From positions 6,930 to 70,929 of IMG/VR virus record IMGVR_UViG_3300028895_000202: a stretch of DNA of 64,000 nt; one strand, written 5' to 3'. The DNA is from a virus. Shown here one piece after another: positions 1-8,000 of the stretch (positions are counted from its first letter, which is position 1; each line of letters begins with the position of its first letter). Both the position numbers and the translations under genes were made by a program. The notes under the pieces are model-generated. The model was not told where the DNA came from. It worked only from the letters and a program-made list of their open reading frames with translations, and did no database searches.

Positions 1-339
1 ACTAACGCAGCCACGTTTACCGTCGTAACACACGGTTCCTACAACCCAGTTACGGGCACTGAATCAGAAGAGTCACTGACATACAGTATAAAGGTATCGC
101 CGCCGAGCCGCGTTCAGTACAAGACCGCGCTCACAGGTGAGTCCGCTGGTGTCGTAGGAACCGATCTAACTGTGTTCGTGTCTGCCAAAGACGCGGACGA
201 CGCCGGGCTGGACCTAACTCCAGCAACGAATAAGACCATCTCCCTGACCATCGCCAACCGCACGTTCAAAGTAGTGACTACTTTCGAGGTATGGAGTGGC
301 GATCAAACTGCGCTCTACGAGGTGGTGATACGTGGCTGA
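1..339 (+). CDS. Head-closure/neck protein (5'-truncated by window)
   Basis: Frame 1 is open from base 1 to TGA at 337-339 (TNAATFTVVTHGSYNPVTG...ALYEVVIRG). YNPxTG motif and position just before neck/tail genes. Confidence 0.6.
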   Translation, partial: TNAATFTVVTHGSYNPVTGTESEESLTYSIKVSPPSRVQYKTALTGESAGVVGTDLTVFVSAKDADDAGLDLTPATNKTISLTIANRTFKVVTTFEVWSGDQTALYEVVIRG

Positions 340-820
340 TCCCAACAAGGTTCTACAGCAGTTCCTAGAGAAGACCGTTGACAAAATGGAGAATGTCGCG
401 GTCGAACTGGGCTATGACCTTGCAGATAGGATCATGATCCAGTCACCCGTGTATACAGGGCAGTACAAGGCATCATTCCGTGCGAATGTGAACGTCCCGG
501 ACACGACGGCCGAACCGCCGCGTGATCGTAAGATGAGGGAAGGGCCGGGTAGGCCGGGGATATCTATCGGAGGAGTCGGTGACGGCGGCGAGATTGCTGG
601 GCGCGGAGGTGTTGAGACTGACGCCATGTACAACCAAGTCTATCTCGACTTCGACGCCGACGATAGTGCAATCTACATCTCGAACAGCACGCCGTATGCC
701 GGTGATATCGAGTTCACGCAACTCGCCGCAACGAGCCCCGAGGGTGTCATGCTTGTTGCTTACGAGGCCTTCAAAGGCTCCATAAATCAGATCATAGCGC
801 GAGCTATCCAGGAGAACTAA
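332..820 (+). CDS. HK97 gp10-like neck/tail-completion protein
   Basis: SPVYTGQYKASF resembles the SPVDTGxxRxxW motif; IYISNSTPYAGDIEF resembles IyixNxxPYAxxLE; synteny. Confidence 0.7.
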   Translation: MADPNKVLQQFLEKTVDKMENVAVELGYDLADRIMIQSPVYTGQYKASFRANVNVPDTTAEPPRDRKMREGPGRPGISIGGVGDGGEIAGRGGVETDAMYNQVYLDFDADDSAIYISNSTPYAGDIEFTQLAATSPEGVMLVAYEAFKGSINQIIARAIQEN

Positions 821-1263
821 TGCTTAAGGAGCGTGAACTACGGTCTGCCCTACGCAGCAAGGCTCTCGAACTCAGCCAGATGTATGCGCTGAGTGATAGC
901 GGCTTGATCGCGTGGGAGAATCGACCATTCACGCCTCCCGACCCGGATGACGGCACACTGTGGGTCAGCGAGCGCCTCGTCGTGCAGACTGAGAGGCAGA
1001 CAGCTACCGGGCAAAATCAGGCTGATGGAGCATACGAGCTTGCTATCTGGACGCCTGTAACAGCAGGAACGGAGGAGGCCGATGACCTTGCCGACGCACT
1101 GGTTGAACACCTCGCCCCCGTGACCGGGGTGTCCAACGGTGAGACAGAGGCCACAATCTATCGCACCTTCAGGCTACCACTTCAACAAAACAGAGCAAAC
1201 ACGGCATGGCGGGTCAAGACCGTTGCGTGCCTGTGGAGGTCTTTCAACGCAAATAACCCATAG
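820..1263 (+). CDS. Tail terminator-like protein (DUF4128-like)
   Basis: IAWENRPFTPP motif; size; position before tail tube gene. Confidence 0.7.
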   Translation: MLKERELRSALRSKALELSQMYALSDSGLIAWENRPFTPPDPDDGTLWVSERLVVQTERQTATGQNQADGAYELAIWTPVTAGTEEADDLADALVEHLAPVTGVSNGETEATIYRTFRLPLQQNRANTAWRVKTVACLWRSFNANNP

Positions 1264-1285
1264 GTAACCCACCAAACACACAATC

Positions 1286-2866
1286 ATGGCTTCACTCGCT
1301 TCTGGAACGAAAACACTCGTCGTCATGGCCCCCGAGTCGACGGCGTACACTTCCTTCGACGCCTCTGGCGCTGCCATCGCTAACAAGGACATCGCTGGCG
1401 CTGCAGTATCGACCGACGCGAACGGCGTTGTGAACGTGAACCTTACCGACCACGGTTTCGTCACCGGAGACTACGTCACTCTGACTATTGACGGAGGCAA
1501 CACCGACGAGAGCGCCGACCTAGACGGCAACTCCTACTACATCCGCCGTGTTGATGACGACAACTTCAAACTCTACACGGACCAGCGTCTTCGTCAGCTG
1601 CCCACCGCTACCAATATGGGCACCTCCTATACAGGCTCCGCACTCACCGGAACCAACACGGCCGAGTTCGTCACCCTTGGTGACGGCTACCACGTCGTGC
1701 GAGCCACCGAGAGGAATGTGAACCTTGAGAAGAACCTCCTGGAGTCTGAGGAGGTCCGCACTAGCCGCATGCAGCGCGATGTCCGTCACGGCTTCACGAC
1801 TGCCTCGGCAAGCATTGGGTTCGAGTGGGTGGCCCAGGGTCACACGCAGCTGATTGATGCTGTTCTGGACAGCATCACAGACGAGGTCTATACGGATAAC
1901 GCCATTGATATAACCAGTAGCCATTCAGGCGAAACTGCCACCGGCTTTGGGGATATCTGGGTCGCAGATGGTGACGCAGCCTCCATCAGCATCGGTGACC
2001 TACTTATCGCATTTAGGACCAACACTGGGGTTATCACTGGTTCATGCGTAGTCCTTGACATTGATGCAAGTGGCGACCCCGATGTGATAACAGTTAGTGA
2101 TCGTGCGCCGTTTGATGGTTCAACCGGCACTCCAATATCAGTTATAGTTGCTAGGAAGAACGAGATTGGCAACGGTGCCTTTCAGACCTACACGATTGAG
2201 CGGCAGTTCACTGACCTAGACACTCCCCAGTATGAGTCCTTCTATGGCATGGTCGGGAATACGCTCAATGTCTCGATTTCGCCAGAAGCAATTGTTGGTG
2301 GAACGGTTGAGTTTCTCGGCAGTGGAAGCGATGCGATGAGCGCCACGTCGAAAAACCCCACCCTCGACCCCACTCCTGTGAGCGCCCTGTCACCGTTCGC
2401 GGCCTTCGATGGGGCAATCTTCTCAAACGAGTTCGATGAGAATGGCGACCGTACAACCTCCATCCTGGCAGTCGTCACGTCGATCGAGTTCACTGTCAAC
2501 AACAACAGGACTACCGAGGCTAGGGTAGGCTCTAAGTTCTCACCAGCTGTATTCGATGCAACCTGTCAAGTAGAGGGCACTATGTCCGTGTTCTTCGAGA
2601 ACAAAACCCTCTACAACAAGTTCGTTGACGAGGAAGTAGTCGAGATCATTGTACACCTGAAAGGGCCTTCTGCCACGTCGCGCACCTACGCTTCTATTTA
2701 CTTCCCACGAGTCAAGTTCACTGGTGGCACCATTGATCCTCCCCAAGAGGGGCCGGTTACCATGGAGATGCCATTTAGGGCACTTGAGGGCTCTGCCGGA
2801 GAATCGGCCATCCGTATCTGCACGTTCGATTCTGACGTGTCAGCTATTGATACGGGTAATGCATAA
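1286..2866 (+). CDS. Major tail tube protein, paralog 1 (with inserted beta domains)
   Basis: ESEEVRTSRMQRDVRHG, YTIERQFTD, V(E)GTMSVFFE and GPVTMEMPFRAL tail-tube-like motifs; position before chaperones and TMP. Confidence 0.8.
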   Translation: MASLASGTKTLVVMAPESTAYTSFDASGAAIANKDIAGAAVSTDANGVVNVNLTDHGFVTGDYVTLTIDGGNTDESADLDGNSYYIRRVDDDNFKLYTDQRLRQLPTATNMGTSYTGSALTGTNTAEFVTLGDGYHVVRATERNVNLEKNLLESEEVRTSRMQRDVRHGFTTASASIGFEWVAQGHTQLIDAVLDSITDEVYTDNAIDITSSHSGETATGFGDIWVADGDAASISIGDLLIAFRTNTGVITGSCVVLDIDASGDPDVITVSDRAPFDGSTGTPISVIVARKNEIGNGAFQTYTIERQFTDLDTPQYESFYGMVGNTLNVSISPEAIVGGTVEFLGSGSDAMSATSKNPTLDPTPVSALSPFAAFDGAIFSNEFDENGDRTTSILAVVTSIEFTVNNNRTTEARVGSKFSPAVFDATCQVEGTMSVFFENKTLYNKFVDEEVVEIIVHLKGPSATSRTYASIYFPRVKFTGGTIDPPQEGPVTMEMPFRALEGSAGESAIRICTFDSDVSAIDTGNA

Positions 2867-2869
2867 ACC

Positions 2870-2903
2870 ACTGATCGGCTTGCGCGCAAAACTGCTGATC
2901 AGT
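2870..2903 (+). terminator. Intergenic hairpin between the two tube genes (possible attenuator or stabiliser)
   Basis: ACTGATCGGC...GCTGATCAGT inverted repeat; only a weak U-tract follows. Confidence 0.35.
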
Positions 2904-2940
2904 TAACTACTTCTAAACAACCTAGCTAGGGATAACTACT

Positions 2941-4203
2941 ATGTCTGGAATCTACTCAGGGATCAAGGTCCGGGTCGTCGCCAAGGAACTTGATGGCGGA
3001 CAACAGGCCGACGTGGCAAACACAACGACTGCGTGGGGCAATGAAACTTACAAAGCTGTAGAAAACGGCTCAGTAGCCGACGATACTACCGAGGCGCAAG
3101 TACTTCGCCTAACCGAACGTTCGCTCTCGCTTGAGAAGAACCTTCTGGAGACAGAGGAGGTACGAACCAGCCGAATGCAGTCGGACGTAAGGCACGGCTT
3201 CACAACGGCTACCGCTTCACTTGGCTTCGAGATTGCAAGCCCAAAGGATACGCCTGCTGGTACAGCACCATACGACGGTGGGCAAAAGATGCTCATGCAG
3301 GCAGTGCTTGAGAATGCCGTCGCTGGAGCGAGCGTAACCGTTTCAGGTGGCTCTGCCTCAGGTGGGTACAACCTTTCGTCGGGGACGGCCAGCTTTGGCG
3401 ATGTGCTTTATGCAGATGGTAATGCCCAGGTCGTAACCAGCAACAGCTACAACGCCAACTCTAGCCTTACGTGTGATAAGGCTACAGGCGCTTCAGATCT
3501 AAGCACTTCTGTCTACAGGGCTGAGGCCATGACCATCGGCAATGGCGTCCCACGCGCCTACGTACTTGAGCGCGTTTTCAGCCCAGATACGACTGGTGGT
3601 GATTACATCAGCGAAACCTTCGTCAACTGCGTAGGTAACTCGCTGAATATCAGCATCAGCCCAGAGGCCATCGCTACCGGCACAGTAGAGTTCATCTCTA
3701 CTGCGTCCCTTGGTATGTCGACAGACACCAATGAGGCTACTGCTACCTTCTTCGACTCACCAACAGCACCTGGGAGCACTCCCGTATACGCTGCATTCGA
3801 CGGTGCGGTCTTTGAAGGTGGCACTGCCCTGGCTATTGTTACCTCTGTCGAGTTCACTATCAACAACAACAGGACTACCGAGGCTCGCATCGGATCTAAG
3901 TTTGCTGACTGTGTCTTCGACGCAACGTGCCAGGTTGAGGGCACGATGAGTGTCTTCTTCGCCGGTCCTACGCAGTATAACAAGTTCGTAGAGGAGACGC
4001 CATCGCGTCTACTCGTTGTGCTTCGCGATCCAAACAACGACGGAGCCCTACTCGCCATCTCTTGCCCTAACGTCAAGTACAACGGTGGCACTATCGATCC
4101 GCCCCAGGAGGGCCCGATCACCATGGAGATGCCATTCCGGGCTCTTGAAGGGAACAACGGAGAGTCCGCGATCAAGATTGTCAACGTCAACTACGACGCC
4201 TGA
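2941..4203 (+). CDS. Tail tube protein, paralog 2
   Basis: Shares EEVRTSRMQxDVRHGFTTA, NNNRTTEAR, FDATCQVEGTMSVFF and GGTIDPPQEGPxTMEMPFRALEG with 1286..2866. Confidence 0.8.
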   Translation: MSGIYSGIKVRVVAKELDGGQQADVANTTTAWGNETYKAVENGSVADDTTEAQVLRLTERSLSLEKNLLETEEVRTSRMQSDVRHGFTTATASLGFEIASPKDTPAGTAPYDGGQKMLMQAVLENAVAGASVTVSGGSASGGYNLSSGTASFGDVLYADGNAQVVTSNSYNANSSLTCDKATGASDLSTSVYRAEAMTIGNGVPRAYVLERVFSPDTTGGDYISETFVNCVGNSLNISISPEAIATGTVEFISTASLGMSTDTNEATATFFDSPTAPGSTPVYAAFDGAVFEGGTALAIVTSVEFTINNNRTTEARIGSKFADCVFDATCQVEGTMSVFFAGPTQYNKFVEETPSRLLVVLRDPNNDGALLAISCPNVKYNGGTIDPPQEGPITMEMPFRALEGNNGESAIKIVNVNYDA

Positions 4204-4237
4204 TTGATTCCATAACCCCAGCAACACCCCAGTAACC

Positions 4238-4633
4238 ATGGACCTTTCAAAGTTTGATACCAAGTCCGTTGCCAACGAAGGCAAGTGGATGCACCTCATG
4301 TCCCCCGCCGGGGAGCCTCTGTACGCTGACGACTTCGACCAGGAGAAGCCGATGCGTATTAAGCTCCTCGGGGCTGACTCCGATGCCTTCCAGCGCCATG
4401 CCAAGCGTATGGGTCAATCCAACGCTAACAAGGCTATCGCCTCGAAGAGTGCCGAGTCCGCTGTGTACGCCATGCTTGTGGCATGTACCCGTGATATCGA
4501 GAACATCATCCTTAACGGAGATGAGCTTGAGTTTACCCCGGAAAACGTCAGGATGCTCTACGAAGACTACCCGTGGATTACGGATCAGGTCTTCGAGTTC
4601 ATCCGTGACCGCGCCCAGTACCTGGGGGACTGA
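4238..4633 (+). CDS. Tail assembly chaperone (G-like)
   Basis: MDLSKFDT...IKLLGADSD...EFTPENVRMLYEDYPWITDQV; position before TMP. Confidence 0.8.
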   Translation: MDLSKFDTKSVANEGKWMHLMSPAGEPLYADDFDQEKPMRIKLLGADSDAFQRHAKRMGQSNANKAIASKSAESAVYAMLVACTRDIENIILNGDELEFTPENVRMLYEDYPWITDQVFEFIRDRAQYLGD

Positions 4634-5031
4634 TGTCGGAGTTCCGCTCCTTCGCTGAACAGCAATTCAAGCTGTCAGCGAAGGGCGGTTCTGGTGCCTC
4701 CGTAGAAACGAACGAGAATCAGGTAAGGAATTCCGCCTTCGCAAGCGCCACTGTGAAGGAAAAGGCCAGGGAAGAGGCCGAGCAACGGATACCTTGCCCA
4801 GACGAGCTAGAGTGGTTGTGGGGAGTATTCAGCGAACTCAACGCGACCAGGAACTACACAGAAGCTGGCCCAACTGCTATCAATCATCATGACCTGATTT
4901 GCTGGCAGTATGTCAACCAGACCTGTCTGACAATATGGGAATCCGATCTGCTCTTTGACGTTGATCTGCGATACAGACTATTCGCGTCTAAGGAGAGGGA
5001 TAAACAACTGAAGAAAGGCAGGAAGAAATAG
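4633..5031 (+). CDS. Tail assembly chaperone (T-like; possible -1 frameshift partner)
   Basis: WLWGVFSELNATR...AINHHDLICWQ...WESDLLFDVD pattern; lies in the -1 frame relative to the upstream chaperone. Confidence 0.7.
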   Translation: MSEFRSFAEQQFKLSAKGGSGASVETNENQVRNSAFASATVKEKAREEAEQRIPCPDELEWLWGVFSELNATRNYTEAGPTAINHHDLICWQYVNQTCLTIWESDLLFDVDLRYRLFASKERDKQLKKGRKK

Positions 5032-8000
5032 ATGGCCGACATCGCTACACTATCAATCAAGATTGACACTGCCGATATCAAGCGCGCAAAAGGCGAGCTT
5101 ACGGCACTCGAAGCGTCAGTCAAGGCCATCTCAAAGGCACGCATCAATCCGGGTACGGCGCTGGGTATCCGCGACATCGTCGACGCCATGTCGCAGCTGG
5201 ACAAGGTAAACTACGTCCGTGTGCGGACGACGATGGCGTCAGTCTCGAACCTATCGAAGGTACTTAATTCACTGCCAACTCGCGCACTGCCTTCTAGGGC
5301 TATAGCGTCACTAGCAACATCACTGCAAGAGCTTAGTCGCGTGGATGGGGCTAAGCTAACTAGAGTTACTACAGCTATTGCGGCCCTTGGGCCAGCGATG
5401 GACACCCTGAAGGGGGCGGCTGGACTGCGTCCAGCCACTCTTGGCAACCTTGCGAAATCGCTGGTAGCTATCAGCGCGATAAACGGTGGGCAGGTAGCGG
5501 AGTCAGCCAAAGGTGTGCGAGCACTGGGTGCGGCACTTCGATCGATGCCTGCCAAGGCTGGTACGTCCCCCGCCGCTATTAGCAACCTTGCGAAGTCGCT
5601 GGAAGCTATCAGCAAGATAAACGGCGGGAAGGTAGCGGAGTCATCCAAGGGCATGCGCGCCCTTGGTGCCGCGCTACAAGCGATGCCTGCCAAGGCTGGT
5701 ACGTCCCCCGCCGCTATTAGTAACCTTGCGAAGTCGCTGGCGGCCATTAGCAGGATAAATGGTGGGAAGGTAACAGAAGCGGCTGCAGGTATGCGAGCCC
5801 TTAGTGCCGCGCTACAAGCGATGCCAACTAAGGTCGGCACGTCACCAACCGCTATAAGCAACCTTTCAAAGGCGCTACGGCAGATCTCAAACTTGAGCGG
5901 CCAAAAGCTGGTTGACATTTCCAACTCGATGCGTCAGCTTGGGCAGGGCCTCTCGGCCTTCTCCGGCGTAAGGTTCCGCCCGAAGTCGATATCAAACTTC
6001 GCCGTGGCACTAACCGAACTGTCACGGGTCGACGCAGCCAAGCTGAGGGCTGTAGCCAAAGCACTTAGCCAGATAGAGCGTACTGGAACGGGTAGAAGCA
6101 TAGAAGCGCTGACAAAGTCCGCCCTTCAGGCAGCCCGCTCCATAGAGCAACTCCAGGTGCGGACTAAGCGTCTTGAATCAAGGCTTAATCCTGCCAGAGT
6201 AACTGCGTTTGGCCGTGCGTTGTCATTCGTCGGTAGTGCTGCTGGGGGCGCTGTCGGTGCTATTCGACGCACGGTCTCTTCCATCACTACCCTAGGAGCC
6301 AAGATGCGTACATTCAGGGCCAACATCCTCAATGTTGGCGCTGGATTCTTGGTGTTCTCATTTCTGCAAAGATCTGTTGTTCAACTCATCAAGCCGATTC
6401 GTGAGTTCGAGACAGCACTGGTCAACATCTCGAAGACGACCAACCTGACGGGTAGAGACCTACAAGACCTCTCAGACGAACTCCTATCCATTGCCAGCAA
6501 CTCGGTTGCCACCACAGACCAGCTGCTGCAAGTGGCCGGTATCGCTGGTCAGCTTGGCGTTAAGGGAAGGAGCGACATCCTAAAGTTCGCAGACACGGTA
6601 ACCAGACTTGCCGACGCTGCACCGTCTCTCCGAGGTAGCTTCGAGCAGACCGCTCTACAACTGGCTCGTGTGCTCAACATCACTGGTGAGGGCATCGGCA
6701 AGGTTGACAGGCTGGCCTCTACCGTACTGAAGCTGGGTAACAACTTCGAGGCGCTGGAAAGCACCATCCTCAAAACTACGATTGAGGTTGCTGCTGCGTC
6801 GGCAGCCTTCGGTGTTACCTCCGCTGACGCTGCGGCTCTTGCAACCGCACTTGCCCGAGTTAGTGTACCGCCGGAACGTGGCCGAACGGCAATCATCACC
6901 ACGATGAAAGCCATCTCTGACGCTCTGAGAAGTACTGGTGAGGATGCCCAGAACTTCAATCAGATAATCGGAACTGGAAGCGTCAAGGCCCTGCAAGAAC
7001 TATTCAAGAACGATCCGACCGAAGCCTTCCTGAAGCTGGTAGAGGGTCTACGCGCTGTCCGAGACGGAGGCGGGGACGTTACGGCAACGCTGAACAGGCT
7101 TGGCCTGAACTCCATTCGTACTCAAACGTCTATCCTGGCACTGCTGGGTAGCACCGAGAAGTTCCGAAGGGCACTCTCCCTTGCACGGGAAGAGTTCGCC
7201 ACAACGGGCGATGAACTGGAACGAGTAACCAGGCTCGCTAGTGATCGTCTTGACGCTGCGTTTGTGCGACTGACGAACACGTTTAGAGGGCTCCTAATCG
7301 AGTTCTCGAAGACATCTGGGCTTGAAACTGCCCTGCGCGATTCACTTGAACTGATCAGTGACATAGCCAGGTCTATCAGCCCAAACACCGTCGATCAAGT
7401 CGGACAGTTCGCTGGTAACGTCAAGCGGCTTCGCGACCAGCTTCTTGGAGTCAAGAAGGATGATGCGCTGAACTCTGCGTTCTCAAACCTTGAGAACTAC
7501 AGGGAACTTATAGGTAAGATTGGCGACTTTGTAAGGTCAGTCAGTGGCGGTGTCATAACCACGGCAGCGTCTTTCGCCAGCTTGTTCCTCGCCAGCCGAG
7601 CACTCAGCATCGGACTGAGCACGGTACTGTCACCACTTGGCCTAATCTCACTTGGCATCACTGGAGCGGTAGGACTCCTGGACAAGTTTGGAGACAAGGC
7701 ACTCCGTGTCGGTGATCAGTTTGTCAGGCTTCGCGATGTAGTCAAGGCAATCGGCCAAGAATCCGCGAGACGCCTCGAATCGTTCATCCAGGTTGTGGGT
7801 GAGATCGCCTCAAAGCAATCCGCGCTAACAAGCGCAGTCCTGGAAGACATCCTCAGCATAGACGAGAGTAAGCCGGGGGATGTATTCGACAGGATACTCG
7901 ATGCGGCGGATATGGCTGTGGAGTACATCGGCGATCAATGGGTGACCACGCTTGCCAAGGTAGAGACGAGCTTGCTTAAGATAGGCAACTCCATGCGATC

